Source: an uncultured Methanosarcinales archaeon
GTDB taxonomy: Archaea; Nanobdellota; Nanobdellia; Woesearchaeales; CAYVYK01
Length of the DNA: 64,000 nucleotides
Reading direction: 5' to 3'
Assembly: GCA_964455675.1 (NCBI GenBank)
Contig: CAYVYK010000011.1
Location: 1-64,000, forward strand
Each line of letters opens with the position of its first letter. The first letter of the stretch is position 1. The notes under the pieces are model-generated. The model saw only the letters and a program-made list of their open reading frames with translations. It did not search any database and had not been told where the DNA came from. The position numbers were made by a program, and so were the translations under genes. Shown piece after piece: positions 10,518 through 21,392 of this stretch.

Positions 10518-11417
10518 CTACTTCTCCATATAAATCTTCCCAGTCAACTTTGGAAGATCACGAAGGAAAACAAACCTCGGAGTGAAGCCATCAATTGATA
10601 ACGCACGCACGAGCCGATGCATGTACTGCGGAAATTTCTCGGTGATCGCCTGAAGCCCAAGAATTGTCTTTGCGATGTGACAATGGATAACCACAACACC
10701 ACCCATTCGGGCGACTTCCATGGCCCTTGCCGTTTGATGGGGATAGCAGTTCGAGGTGACAAAAAGGGTTTTTCCTGCCTTTGTCGGGATCACGCTTGAT
10801 ACCCGGATCTTGAATACATACCTTGATTCGTCCAATGAACGATCAAGATTGTGCGTTGCCGCGATGTGATACGACATCTTTTGCAGAGCTTTCAAAGACC
10901 CAGGAGACATCCTCCAACCTGGTGGGCGAAAAAAGGAGTCTAATTTGAGACCGGCGTCCTTGAACATCGTTTCAGCATCAAAGAGTTTTTGCAGCGCAGA
11001 ATCCAGAGAGAGCGATGAAAACTCCAGATGAGAACCATTACAGGCATGATGAAGCCCGTGAAGACAGAACGCGACATGACCCGAGTCGCGCATATCCCCC
11101 AATGAGCGGCACCACGACGCGTATTTCTCACTTGAAATTGCGAATTGGCCTTCAGAATAAGGACTTTTTCTGTACAATCGGTATTGCAACGTTTTCAGCA
11201 GGGTCGGCCTTGCAGAACGGTCAGTCCAATCAGGTACGACAAAAAGGTTGAACTTGATACCGGGCACTCGAGAGATGGATTCCAAGAGATACTTGAACGG
11301 ACCATTCTTGATATCAAGCCCAAAATCCAATCCCTGAGAATCGTGAGAACCCTCGGGATGAACGTCATCGACGACAATGCAGATCGTTGCTACCTTTTTT
11401 TTTGGCGGCATACTCAT
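10518..11417 (-). CDS. polysaccharide deacetylase-like protein (DUF2334/NodB fold)
   Basis: VDDVHP, LHGLHH, FRPPGW motifs. Confidence 0.75.
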   Translation of the reverse strand: MSMPPKKKVATICIVVDDVHPEGSHDSQGLDFGLDIKNGPFKYLLESISRVPGIKFNLFVVPDWTDRSARPTLLKTLQYRLYRKSPYSEGQFAISSEKYASWCRSLGDMRDSGHVAFCLHGLHHACNGSHLEFSSLSLDSALQKLFDAETMFKDAGLKLDSFFRPPGWRMSPGSLKALQKMSYHIAATHNLDRSLDESRYVFKIRVSSVIPTKAGKTLFVTSNCYPHQTARAMEVARMGGVVVIHCHIAKTILGLQAITEKFPQYMHRLVRALSIDGFTPRFVFLRDLPKLTGKIYMEK

Positions 11418-12382
11418 CCTTTCAGATTTCTGTAATACTCGATCGTCCTTTTCAGACCCTCATCAAGCCGGACTTTCGGTCTACATTTCAGCGTCTCTAT
11501 CATGAGCTGAACATTCGGGAACCGGTGCGACACATCCTTCCTTGGTTGAGGTATCAAGCGAGGAGAAAGAGAACCATCCTTGCCACACAAACGGACTACT
11601 TCCTCTGCAAGATAAAGGATCGTCGTCGGAATTCCGGTACCTACATTGATCACCTTACCATCCGTTGCAGGAGATTCCATTGCTAGTATAGTCGCTTCTA
11701 CATTATCATCCACATAGACAAAATCTCTCGTCTGCGTTCCATCACCAAACACGGTCGGGGCTTGCCCAGCAAGCGCCTGCTTGATGAATATGCCAACAAC
11801 AAAACCATAGGGACTTGAATCCTGCCTAGGCCCGTAAACGTTGAAGAACCTCAACGAACAGGTCGGCAGATGGTACGTCTGGTAGTACGCTTCAAGGAGC
11901 TTCTCACCGTACAGTTTGGTGACAGCGTATGGCAAATGAGGATTCAAGTGGCCATTCTCCCGCTCGGGAATCTCCACAGGATCGCCATATACTTCCGATG
12001 ATGAAGCAAACACAAATTTCTTCACCTTCGCGTTCTTTGACGCTTCCAGCAGGTTCCACATTCCATGAGCATCTGCCAGGACGGACAGCGGCTGCTCAAG
12101 CGTACGCTGGACCCCAACAACAGCAGCGTGATGAAACACATAATCGATCTGGTGCTTTGCAAAAACCGCATCAACTTCCAACCTATCGTTCACGTCTCCC
12201 CTCACGATAACAAGATCGTTCTTGAGATGCGTAATATTCTTTTCAGAACCCGTTGAGAAATTATCAAAACACACAACGGAGTACCCCTTTTTTATCAGAG
12301 CACCACAGAGATGAGACCCTATAAAGCCAGCACCACCGGTGACTAAGACCACTTTTTTGTTTTTTTCCATAAGTACCACCAT
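11414..12382 (-). CDS. NAD-dependent nucleotide-sugar epimerase/dehydratase
   Basis: VTGGAGFIGSH, SSSEVYG, YAVTK, RFFNVYGP. Confidence 0.92.
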   Translation of the reverse strand: MVVLMEKNKKVVLVTGGAGFIGSHLCGALIKKGYSVVCFDNFSTGSEKNITHLKNDLVIVRGDVNDRLEVDAVFAKHQIDYVFHHAAVVGVQRTLEQPLSVLADAHGMWNLLEASKNAKVKKFVFASSSEVYGDPVEIPERENGHLNPHLPYAVTKLYGEKLLEAYYQTYHLPTCSLRFFNVYGPRQDSSPYGFVVGIFIKQALAGQAPTVFGDGTQTRDFVYVDDNVEATILAMESPATDGKVINVGTGIPTTILYLAEEVVRLCGKDGSLSPRLIPQPRKDVSHRFPNVQLMIETLKCRPKVRLDEGLKRTIEYYRNLKG

Positions 12383-12402
12383 CCCACCAGAATATAAAAA
12401 GT

Positions 12403-14676
12403 TTATCGTGCAACGCGCTGTTTAGATTTTTTCCTCCCACCGAATATGATCACGGTCAGTACAACAACGAGCGTAAGAAGCGAGATCGTCAGGCCCCAAT
12501 AGAAGAAAGCTTGAGGCATGTACACAAGAATGTACGATGTTTGGTTTTGAGATGGCGGAATCACCCACCCATTCGCAAATCCACTCGCAACAACATGGTC
12601 CTTATCGTACACCGGAGTCCTAAAAGGCAGCAGCATGATATCCCATACATAGACACGTGTATCATCAGTGCGGAAGAGCTTCCAACCGTTGTCGTAACGA
12701 TGATTTAGGATCAGAAGAGCATTCCTCTCATGTGCAGATACTGATACCGAAAAAATTGCGTTGTTATCCTTAACTACGGATACATCCGGCGCTTCAAATG
12801 AAACACCTTGAAACGCCTCCGGCACAAGCCATGCAGATCTTCCAACTGAATCAGGCTCACATGCGACTGACGAATTACTAGCGAGGACGACGGTTGCAGG
12901 TAGGTACACCTCTGGGTATACATCCAAACCGTTCACCGTGTAGAGCTTCAGATTACCGATAGTGCTCTCCAACAGCACACGATTGGTAGCGCTCAGATTA
13001 CGATCAACCTCCTCTGGCGACATGCCAATCCAAGCAGTCTCCCCATTCACCCTACCATCGTACAGCGCGTAATCCGAGTCATACTGATTCAGGAAGTACC
13101 TGATACCCAAACGACTTGCCTCAAGCGCAAAGCATGACGGATCAGTGCGCAGCCTCGTGTACAGCTCACCTAACCTACCACCATAATATATGCTCCCACT
13201 CTGAGGGTATATTACGTTATTATCAAAGAATCTACGGAAAAAATTACTGTGCTTTCCCCTCAGCGAGGTAAAGTTATACATCGCAAAGGGAATCTCAGGA
13301 AGCAGCAGGGTCCTATCATCATTCTCGTTGATCGACCGGATGTGGTCACTCATCTCATACCAGTACTGGGGGATGAATATCTGCTCATGACGATAGAAAC
13401 TGCCCTGCCAAAACTGGTATGAGAGTACGAGCACCGACACAACAAGGAAGAATGCAACACAGCGAAATACGTTCTTAGCCCTCTTTGCCAGCACGAAAAG
13501 CGCGAATGAAACCAGAAGCACTGTCACTATATGAAGAAGGATCATCGCCTTGTAGGAATCCCGAAAGACCATAGAATATGGAATGATCTGGAGGAATAGT
13601 TGATACATGCCCTTGGTCGGTGAGTACTTGAATATTCCCATACAAATGATCAATAGGATGATGTACACAATGGATAACAACAGGATCGGATACCCTTCCT
13701 TATGATTCGCAGTCTTGCGAGAAAACAGTAGCACAACCAACGCAAGAATCGGGATGATATAGGATGCAATCAGCAGGAAAGGATTCGTGATGAACGGCTG
13801 CGCATTCGGATATGCCCAGCCTTGGAAATAGTAATAGTAACTCACGGCGCCCATTTCGCGCCACAATTCATGAAGCCACGCACTAGAGCTTTTCCAATCA
13901 GCAGTCTCGAGTGAGAGAGACTTATCAATAAATGTACGCTGGTAGCTGTACTGTGAGACAAAAGAAAGCAGGAAAAGACTGCCGAGCAGCAAACCAATGA
14001 AGCCCCCAAGCGCAACAATTTTCAATGCTTTTACAGGATTGCTTTTCTTTTGCGAGAGCATCTTCAAGACAATAACCACCAGTATCCAGACAATCAAGTA
14101 TGCAGTATACGCGGGGTGCAAGCCGGTAAGAAGGAAGAAGAGCAAACCAAGGATACAAGATTGCCGAATGACCGTGGATTGATCGTTCACGCGATACACA
14201 AGCAAGGAAATCAGGGGCAGAAGGACGAACATCATGCGCGTAGTATTCCAAAAGACCGCAAACTGGCCAAAAATGGAGTAAATATAGACGAGCGCACCAG
14301 CAAATCCGATAACCTCATTTGACGTAATTCGCACAATGAAATAATAACAGGAAACGGCTGCGGTAATCTCCATCGTGGTGAGAAGAAGGATAGTTGCCAC
14401 ACTTGATCCGACTAACATGCTCAATAGATAGAACACAAGCCCGACAGGGTCCATAAAAAGATTGAAGCTCCCCAGAAACAAGGAATACCAAGTCGTAAAG
14501 AAGACACTCGGAGAGTACGACTCATAATTCGTGTAATCCGTGTGCAAATGAGGATAAAACGAGTAAGGAATGGCGGCAAAGATGATGATTAACACTAACC
14601 ATTTATGCACCATCAGCCAGTTCATTACCTTGCTTACGATTTTTTTCTGCATAGATAGTACCGCTCCCATGAACAT
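12403..14676 (-). CDS. polytopic GT-C-like membrane glycosyltransferase (DUF3367/AftD-like)
   Basis: Multi-TM, FRDSYK loop, IPQYWYE, C-terminal GFANGW and YxPQ-TM. Confidence 0.62.
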   Translation of the reverse strand: MFMGAVLSMQKKIVSKVMNWLMVHKWLVLIIIFAAIPYSFYPHLHTDYTNYESYSPSVFFTTWYSLFLGSFNLFMDPVGLVFYLLSMLVGSSVATILLLTTMEITAAVSCYYFIVRITSNEVIGFAGALVYIYSIFGQFAVFWNTTRMMFVLLPLISLLVYRVNDQSTVIRQSCILGLLFFLLTGLHPAYTAYLIVWILVVIVLKMLSQKKSNPVKALKIVALGGFIGLLLGSLFLLSFVSQYSYQRTFIDKSLSLETADWKSSSAWLHELWREMGAVSYYYYFQGWAYPNAQPFITNPFLLIASYIIPILALVVLLFSRKTANHKEGYPILLLSIVYIILLIICMGIFKYSPTKGMYQLFLQIIPYSMVFRDSYKAMILLHIVTVLLVSFALFVLAKRAKNVFRCVAFFLVVSVLVLSYQFWQGSFYRHEQIFIPQYWYEMSDHIRSINENDDRTLLLPEIPFAMYNFTSLRGKHSNFFRRFFDNNVIYPQSGSIYYGGRLGELYTRLRTDPSCFALEASRLGIRYFLNQYDSDYALYDGRVNGETAWIGMSPEEVDRNLSATNRVLLESTIGNLKLYTVNGLDVYPEVYLPATVVLASNSSVACEPDSVGRSAWLVPEAFQGVSFEAPDVSVVKDNNAIFSVSVSAHERNALLILNHRYDNGWKLFRTDDTRVYVWDIMLLPFRTPVYDKDHVVASGFANGWVIPPSQNQTSYILVYMPQAFFYWGLTISLLTLVVVLTVIIFGGRKKSKQRVAR

Positions 14677-15362
14677 AACGCTTTGAGATACGACATGACT
14701 TTACCAGCATCAAACTCGCATAAGTCACTCGTTCTGAGAAGACTGAATCCGTGCCGTTGCAGCTCATTCTTGACAAACCCAGCATTCCTTGCAGAATAAG
14801 TTATCACATCATGCCCATCATGAACCTCAACATAGTATCCACTCCTCATCAGAGAAGGAAGACGACGCAAGTTCCTTATCAAGATGGATAATCCCCTCTT
14901 GTCATGCACACAGGGATTGAAGATATGCGAAGAAAAGATGAAAAAACCACCCGGGTTTAATGTCCTTGCAATCTCACGATACGCAGCGTCACGCTTCGAG
15001 TATGGATATACATAGTCCAGACTGTTATGACTAAAGAGGATGATATCAAACACTCCATCATCGAAAGGTAAAGATGACGCATCGCCGCAAACAACCGAAA
15101 CGGAAGGCATTGTCTTCTTGAGTGAGTCTACCAACGGATAGGAGACATCCAGTGCGACGAGAGAATACCCGTGCAGGCCGAGCGGAAGAGTCGTCCTTCC
15201 CCCGCCACAACCAAGATCAAGCACGCGAATCTTGGTAGCGTTTTTACCAAGCAGCTCCACAGCTCTGGCGAGAAAAACCTTCTCAACATCGAACAACCGG
15301 CACTCCATATTCGAGTACCGATCCACAGTACCTTCATACTCCCAGTACTGGTACGTCCGCAT
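14634..15362 (-). CDS. class I SAM-dependent methyltransferase
   Basis: VLDLGCGGG, GDASSLPF, LNPGG. Confidence 0.9.
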   Translation of the reverse strand: MRTYQYWEYEGTVDRYSNMECRLFDVEKVFLARAVELLGKNATKIRVLDLGCGGGRTTLPLGLHGYSLVALDVSYPLVDSLKKTMPSVSVVCGDASSLPFDDGVFDIILFSHNSLDYVYPYSKRDAAYREIARTLNPGGFFIFSSHIFNPCVHDKRGLSILIRNLRRLPSLMRSGYYVEVHDGHDVITYSARNAGFVKNELQRHGFSLLRTSDLCEFDAGKVMSYLKALCSWERYYLCRKKS

Positions 15363-15363
15363 A

Positions 15364-16443
15364 TTACTTCCCCAAGAACCGTTTCTTCAACCGCTGCAAA
15401 CCTCTCACGGTTTTTGCATAGCGATTCACGCTAATCCCATACAGGATCTCTCCACCCCATCCCAGCTTGAACGCATTGATTCTCTGCTGCTTTTCAGACT
15501 CTCGCTGGACATCTATCATGTTCAGATCACACGAATGAACATTCCGCCTGAGGCATTCCTGAACCACCTCATACCTCACGAGATAGTTACTGCAGGTGTT
15601 GTTCTTTCGTTCGTAATCCGTCGTAAAGGTGCTGAAGAGCAAGCATGTTGATCCGAAAAACATCAGACCAGATCCGCCAGTCAAGTATCCATTGTGGAGC
15701 CCAACCACAAATTTCACATGAGGCGTCTGCATTAAACCCTCATAATACTTTCTCGGCATGATCGTCAAACCATTACTTCGCATGCTCTGCACCAAACCAT
15801 CGTAAAACAAGGAAGAATCCGCCGGATCATCAACAAATTTTATGATCACACCTCGTTTCTGAGCTCTCCGAATATCCTTCCGGTAGGAATAGGTTATCTC
15901 ATCCGCAGTCGTCTGTCCTGGACGAATCACGAGCCTTGTAGTCCCGACAATCCTAAAATTCACTGCAGGCCATTCCTCGGATAATTTCGCAATAACTCCC
16001 ATTGCGGATGGTTGGTCTTTTGTGAATAGGAAATCGTTTGGTCCGATATTCTTTCCCCCCCGCTCTGCGATCGAAACGACGCAACGACAACACTCGAGCA
16101 CAGCCTCCTGCTTTACCAAAGGATCCACGTCACCTATGAACGTTGGAGACATGTGAGAACTCATACTGGTCAAATGAGGAGCACGCCTAAGCAGTCGAAT
16201 CATCGATGATGGAACGTACCGCAGCAACATGGGCCCTCCGAGAATCGATTCGTATAGCAAGACCTGGAGAATGAGCACATCATCACGAAAAAGTCTCAGG
16301 TATCGCCCTCTCCCAATACCGAGATTCTCACAGACGCCAGCCCACAAGGAAGTATTCGGGAAAAAACCATTGTTTTTCCTTTCCAACTCATCCCAATCCT
16401 CAGGAGCTTTCTCCGATAGGCTATGCCTCCATATGCCAGCCAT
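15364..16443 (-). CDS. FemABX/GNAT-fold acyl- or aminoacyl-transferase
   Basis: YRKDIRRAQKRGV, NYLVRYEVVQ and FKLGWGG patterns of FemAB-like proteins. Confidence 0.7.
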   Translation of the reverse strand: MAGIWRHSLSEKAPEDWDELERKNNGFFPNTSLWAGVCENLGIGRGRYLRLFRDDVLILQVLLYESILGGPMLLRYVPSSMIRLLRRAPHLTSMSSHMSPTFIGDVDPLVKQEAVLECCRCVVSIAERGGKNIGPNDFLFTKDQPSAMGVIAKLSEEWPAVNFRIVGTTRLVIRPGQTTADEITYSYRKDIRRAQKRGVIIKFVDDPADSSLFYDGLVQSMRSNGLTIMPRKYYEGLMQTPHVKFVVGLHNGYLTGGSGLMFFGSTCLLFSTFTTDYERKNNTCSNYLVRYEVVQECLRRNVHSCDLNMIDVQRESEKQQRINAFKLGWGGEILYGISVNRYAKTVRGLQRLKKRFLGK

Positions 16444-17238
16444 TCATCTACCCCTCAAGAGTCTCACCTTCTTAACAAAGTTCTCAACGTCCTCATCATA
16501 GAACATCAGGAGATTCCTTCTGATCAATCTTGGACTCATGTCCCACCAGCGAGAGTCCTGAAGATTAGCGGAGACTCTCTTCTCAAAGCGGCGCTTAATC
16601 ACCTTAGCCGGAATTCCCCCAACAATAGTATAGGGCTCAACATTCTTCGTGACGATAGCTCCAGCTGCAACAACCGCACCATCTCCAATGGTCACGCCGC
16701 CCATGATCTTCACATCATCCCCGATCCAGACATCATTCCCTATTATTGTCATCCCCTTAAATATCTGCTCCCTTGGCCGCAACCTCGGACGCAAATAGGC
16801 AGGGCAAAGATTGCTATCCGAGAAATGGAACACTGAAGGCAGATTGATGTTATGCATCGAGGGGTAAACCCTCACGTTCGAAGCAATAAGCGAGTATTTC
16901 CCAATCCTTACCGAGTTCAAACTGCACCCTCGATTCACAAACGTATACTCCCCGATCTTGACATCGCTCGCAACCTCAGTATTATTCCGGATAACGCACG
17001 TGGAAGCCACATCCGCAAGAGGGGAGATCACCGCACCGAAGGTATGTGGATTTTTCAACCTCACCAAGGAAATCACGTAACTGGCGGCTTTTGCCATGAA
17101 CGAGGGGACATGCAAGTACCCAATGTACAGAACACGCCTCATGGATGATTTTCGTTCCCCCATCACTTCGTCGCTCCTGACTAGTCTATCGGATTTTAAA
17201 ATACCAATGGTTCCCCTCTTGCAACCGGTCAGTGACAT
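16444..17238 (-). CDS. CatB/Vat-related hexapeptide O-acetyltransferase
   Basis: IGNDVWIG...GVTIGDGAVVAAGAIVTKNV...GGIPAKVIK...WWD; start may be 17163. Confidence 0.88.
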   Translation of the reverse strand: MSLTGCKRGTIGILKSDRLVRSDEVMGERKSSMRRVLYIGYLHVPSFMAKAASYVISLVRLKNPHTFGAVISPLADVASTCVIRNNTEVASDVKIGEYTFVNRGCSLNSVRIGKYSLIASNVRVYPSMHNINLPSVFHFSDSNLCPAYLRPRLRPREQIFKGMTIIGNDVWIGDDVKIMGGVTIGDGAVVAAGAIVTKNVEPYTIVGGIPAKVIKRRFEKRVSANLQDSRWWDMSPRLIRRNLLMFYDEDVENFVKKVRLLRGR

Positions 17239-17254
17239 CTACGACTGTTACTTC

Positions 17255-18181
17255 TCATTTGAGCATGTACAAGAATCCATCACACACACCCCGAATGCAC
17301 GCTGCCGCCATCCGGAACTCGCGATGCCTCACCAGCACATAGAGATAATAGACTGTGTACATATGAGAGAAAACGCACGCGAACGAGATCCTTTGATACC
17401 ACAAGGCGTGCTTTTTCATGAACACAAACTTGTTCCTCATGAAATAATACACTCGCTCGGGAGTTCCCCCCACATGGCGAGGAGTAAGTCGCCTGCTCGT
17501 CTGCCTGGGTGATTTGTGGTACACTTTCAAGTCAGAAGCCTGGTACACCTTGTGGCCTCTTTTCCTCACCTTCTCCGCAAAGTCAGCCTCACTTAGCGTC
17601 TGCACAATCTCATCGCTAAACCCTTGAACCTCTGCTGCTACCTTTGCGCGCACAAAAAAAGCGTTCGGAGTGTCAAAGGTCTCCCTCAAGCCCTCGATCG
17701 ACTTACGGTCACGCATGTTAGTTGCAAGGTTCGTTGTGCGACAAGTGATCTTATTCAACCTATTTGGGCCGATCAGTATGATATCAGGCTCATCAAAATA
17801 GTAGGTCCTGCACCCAATAATCCCAATGGACGGATCCTGGAAATACCTCAAACCACGCTCGAAAAATGCAGGATCCTTAATCTCGTTATCATCATCAATG
17901 AAGAACAGGATCTCCCCCTTAGCGGAACGCCACCCCTTATTCCTTGACCTTACCAGATACAACCGAGACTCATTCCGGATGAATTGAATCCTGTGATATC
18001 TTTTCTTTAGCTCCCGACCATAATCCTCATCTGAATTGTCGTCCACGACAATGATCTCGTGCGACAAATTTAATCGGCATGCACGAATGGTATCGAGCAA
18101 CCTATAAAGGAGATGCTTCCTATTCCTCGTGTTGACAATAATCGAAAGATACGGCCTTGCTACCATCGTGTACTCAACCAC
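17255..18181 (-). CDS. glycosyltransferase family 2
   Basis: IVVDDNSD, SRNKG, FIDDD. Confidence 0.9.
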   Translation of the reverse strand: MVEYTMVARPYLSIIVNTRNRKHLLYRLLDTIRACRLNLSHEIIVVDDNSDEDYGRELKKRYHRIQFIRNESRLYLVRSRNKGWRSAKGEILFFIDDDNEIKDPAFFERGLRYFQDPSIGIIGCRTYYFDEPDIILIGPNRLNKITCRTTNLATNMRDRKSIEGLRETFDTPNAFFVRAKVAAEVQGFSDEIVQTLSEADFAEKVRKRGHKVYQASDLKVYHKSPRQTSRRLTPRHVGGTPERVYYFMRNKFVFMKKHALWYQRISFACVFSHMYTVYYLYVLVRHREFRMAAACIRGVCDGFLYMLK

Positions 18182-18945
18182 TCAGCAGTTTTCAAGACAA
18201 CCATGGACAGCGTGAGCAATGGATGGATAACAAAAGATTTTGCGAGCTCAAGGGGTGGGAATCTTGCAAAAAAACTGAACTGCCTTCGCGCAATCTTTGG
18301 GTATCGACGTTCGTACGCGTGAATCCATTTTCCGTAGTACTTTTTTTTTCTCATCGTTGAAATGAGCGAGATCTTACCCTCATCATGCAGCAGCATATGC
18401 CTTGCTCGCATTGTGATGAAGCCACGATTGTTGAGTCTCCACTGCAAATCCCAGTCTTCACAAGCGGTTAGCGCTTCATCATACCCACCAACCCCTTGGT
18501 ATACATTCTTTCTAAAAAAGCGGGCAGCTTCCATCATGGGATTACCGACGTAAAACTCACGTTCAAAAGATTTTACTTTAGCCCAGAAACCCACACCAAT
18601 AGACCTTTCCGGCAGAATCACTGCATGACACGGCGTCTCCTCCGCCACATTCACACACTCAGCGACCGAATCAGGATGAAAATAAATATCTGAATCGTGA
18701 ATGAGCACATATTTTCCCTTTGCCATCGAAACTCCAAAATTACGCTGAGCAGAACGCTCAATCCCATGATTGTATACGAAGCGAGTATACGTCCTCGCAA
18801 TCTTTTTCGTCGCATCAGTACTGTTGTTGTCAACGACAATAAGCTCGATCGGCTTATACGTCTGCGTAATAATACTGAGCAAGCATTTTTCCAAGGTTCG
18901 CGCAGAATTTCTCGTCGTGATGATCACGGACACCTTCGGCTTCAT
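18160..18945 (-). CDS. glycosyltransferase family 2
   Basis: VVDNNSTD, QRNFG, HDSD, EDWDL. Confidence 0.9.
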   Translation of the reverse strand: MKPKVSVIITTRNSARTLEKCLLSIITQTYKPIELIVVDNNSTDATKKIARTYTRFVYNHGIERSAQRNFGVSMAKGKYVLIHDSDIYFHPDSVAECVNVAEETPCHAVILPERSIGVGFWAKVKSFEREFYVGNPMMEAARFFRKNVYQGVGGYDEALTACEDWDLQWRLNNRGFITMRARHMLLHDEGKISLISTMRKKKYYGKWIHAYERRYPKIARRQFSFFARFPPLELAKSFVIHPLLTLSMVVLKTAEWLSTRW

Positions 18946-19631
18946 GGTTTCACACCTGTGACAATAATGAACTGCGCGTGCGTCTTGTCAATCCGGCCAA
19001 GAACTGAAGGGAGCGGCACGTAGCCTGTCCCAAATGACCGTAGCTTCCGATATCCATGCGATGCAAGAAACTCAGAGAGGAATCGAGCAGTGTACAGACG
19101 TTTGTGACGCATGAATCTTGGGATCATTGCATGCCGATGAAGCGACAGCGGATTACCCAGGTTCCTACCGGTCACATTCGTCAAATCAAAGGGCATCCAT
19201 CCAGCGACGAGGGCACCAATATTATGCCAGCTTGCAGCGTTATTCGTCGAAATAATCATGCGACCTCCGGGCTTGAGCACACGATTCTGTTCGCGTACAA
19301 AATTGTCAATATCGTCGAGATGCTCAATTACCATATTTGAATACACGATGTCAAAGAAACCGGACTCATAAGGAAATTCTCCTTCGAGATCAGCACGCTT
19401 AACAGTAATACCGAGGAGCCTTGCTCGCGCCAATTTTTCCCTGTCACTATCAATGCCGTACAGTTTTGCGGATCGACAGCGCCTCATCACCCTACTCGTA
19501 AATGCCCCATCGCCACATCCCACATCCAATATGTGCGCAGGTCTCTTTTCAGCGATCAATCGCAGGAGCAAGTCAAGGTTCTTTTGTTCCGGCACACTAT
19601 ACAATCTATCAGTACTTGCCATTCTACACAT
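18942..19631 (-). CDS. class I SAM-dependent methyltransferase
   Basis: ILDVGCGDG, VIEHL, LKPGG. Confidence 0.9.
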   Translation of the reverse strand: MCRMASTDRLYSVPEQKNLDLLLRLIAEKRPAHILDVGCGDGAFTSRVMRRCRSAKLYGIDSDREKLARARLLGITVKRADLEGEFPYESGFFDIVYSNMVIEHLDDIDNFVREQNRVLKPGGRMIISTNNAASWHNIGALVAGWMPFDLTNVTGRNLGNPLSLHRHAMIPRFMRHKRLYTARFLSEFLASHGYRKLRSFGTGYVPLPSVLGRIDKTHAQFIIVTGVKP

Positions 19632-20340
19632 CCCTTATTTTTTCTGCGATCACAAACAGATTGAAAAAACCAGCATGTGCAGATAGATATTCCTTCCGAC
19701 GTGATTTCTGAAAACAATTAGCACACATTTTTCTCCTGCGCAGTACGTGCCGCGAAAAATAGTAGCAGAGCATACCAAAAGATTCGCCAAAACCTCCACG
19801 CACCTCCATCTGAACGACCATAAACCCTGCCTGCTGCAAAAGGTGGCGCACTCTTCTTTGAGTATAATGCCGGTGACCAATACACCAGTACGCCGGATCA
19901 AGAAGATTGCCAAAAAATGAGCTATACGGAGTGGACAAGCACAACCTGCCGCCGGATCTCAGCGCCCTATTAATGTTTTTTAAGGCCAAGAGCTCTGAAC
20001 CCGCCGGAAGGTGCTCCATCACTTCAAAGAAGGCAGCGATATCAAACCAGTGTTTCTTCACCCGCTGCAGTTTCAGGACGCTTTCCAGAGAGAAGATTAT
20101 TTTTGATCTTCCCCTTGGCGATCCATAATCCACAACGTCAATGGAGTGTACTGCTTTAACATCAATATTATTATGCACGATGTAACTCTCGAGCCACCCC
20201 TCCTTACACCCAATATTTAGCAAACGCTTCCGACTCAAATTCCCAAGGAGACGGATCGACTTCTCCAAACGCGCTACCTTTGGGTACACTAGCGCATCAA
20301 TGGGTTTTCTCACGTTAGACTTATTCATTTGGATTCGCAC
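19624..20340 (-). CDS. class I SAM-dependent methyltransferase
   Basis: LLNIGCKEG, EVMEHL, LRSGG. Confidence 0.85.
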   Translation of the reverse strand: MRIQMNKSNVRKPIDALVYPKVARLEKSIRLLGNLSRKRLLNIGCKEGWLESYIVHNNIDVKAVHSIDVVDYGSPRGRSKIIFSLESVLKLQRVKKHWFDIAAFFEVMEHLPAGSELLALKNINRALRSGGRLCLSTPYSSFFGNLLDPAYWCIGHRHYTQRRVRHLLQQAGFMVVQMEVRGGFGESFGMLCYYFSRHVLRRRKMCANCFQKSRRKEYLSAHAGFFNLFVIAEKIRDV

Positions 20341-20348
20341 GCCAATTC

Positions 20349-21392
20349 TTACCTCGTCATTTTAGGTATTCTCCTCAATACCTGCTCGACCGTGATATCG
20401 CTCATCCTTCCAGGACCAACGGCACTACGCTTTAACTCATACCGATACCAAGGATTCTGAGAAGTCTTTATGAGAGACACGCTTTTTCCCCATGGAAGGC
20501 TCCATGTAGGATTCGTAGAATCCCATAAGGTAATCAATGGAGTATTCATGGCAGCAGCGATATGCCCAAAACCGTTGTCATTTCCAATGAAAAGATCGCA
20601 CTTTGCCACCAACGCGCAGCAAACAAGTGTGGGAAGTCCGTCTGCCACGACCACATCATCCTTACTAAGGTTTTTGAGCGCTCTTGCTGCATCCTTCTCC
20701 CACGCTCCTGTGAACACAAGAATCTTTGCTCCTCTTTTTCGGACAAGGTTCTCGGCAACAACCACATAACGCTCGAGGGGCCAGCGCCGTAAAATGGCAG
20801 CAGGCGATGGAGTACTTCCCGGATGCATACCGACGAGATACTCTGATTTATCCAATCCGTTTGACTCTAGAAAAGACTGTGCAGCACTCCTTGATTTTTC
20901 ATCGATTGCGAGATCATAATGAATGTCGTCCTTTGACAACACATCCTCCCAAGAAATTCCAAGAGAGTGCAACAGGTTCAGGTTGTTGATCACATTATGA
21001 CTGGACTCAAACACAGGGATTACTGACTCGTTCAGGAAATGAAGCTCCGTTATTGAGCCGACCTTCCATTTGTGTCCGATCCGCCGTTTTGCTCCGATCA
21101 GATAGCTAACCACATGATACTCCCGCCGATACTGAGGGTATGCCATGATCGTCACATCATACTTGCCCCGCAAACCTAAGAGGAAACGGACTCCACCACG
21201 GCGATCATCCATCAAAGGGTAATACAGAACCCTGTTCAGATTCTTATTATGGAGAAGGACGTCATGGCAGCTTCTCATCATCGTGAGCACATCAATCTCC
21301 GCGCTTGGAAACTGTCTTCTCAAGAGCTTCAATGTGGGAGTAAACATGAGACAATCGCCCATTCCGGGAAGGCAGAGGCAGAGTATTTTCAT
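20349..21392 (-). CDS. glycosyltransferase family 9 (heptosyltransferase-like)
   Basis: GMGDCLM, HPGS, RRWP, GNDNGFGHIAAA; start overlaps the upstream stop (ATGA). Confidence 0.88.
   Translation of the reverse strand: MKILCLCLPGMGDCLMFTPTLKLLRRQFPSAEIDVLTMMRSCHDVLLHNKNLNRVLYYPLMDDRRGGVRFLLGLRGKYDVTIMAYPQYRREYHVVSYLIGAKRRIGHKWKVGSITELHFLNESVIPVFESSHNVINNLNLLHSLGISWEDVLSKDDIHYDLAIDEKSRSAAQSFLESNGLDKSEYLVGMHPGSTPSPAAILRRWPLERYVVVAENLVRKRGAKILVFTGAWEKDAARALKNLSKDDVVVADGLPTLVCCALVAKCDLFIGNDNGFGHIAAAMNTPLITLWDSTNPTWSLPWGKSVSLIKTSQNPWYRYELKRSAVGPGRMSDITVEQVLRRIPKMTR

Noticed and set aside
16444..17238. Antibiotic-resistance gene (catB/vat)
   Set aside because: Embedded in a glycan operon, so a sugar O-acetyltransferase role is more parsimonious
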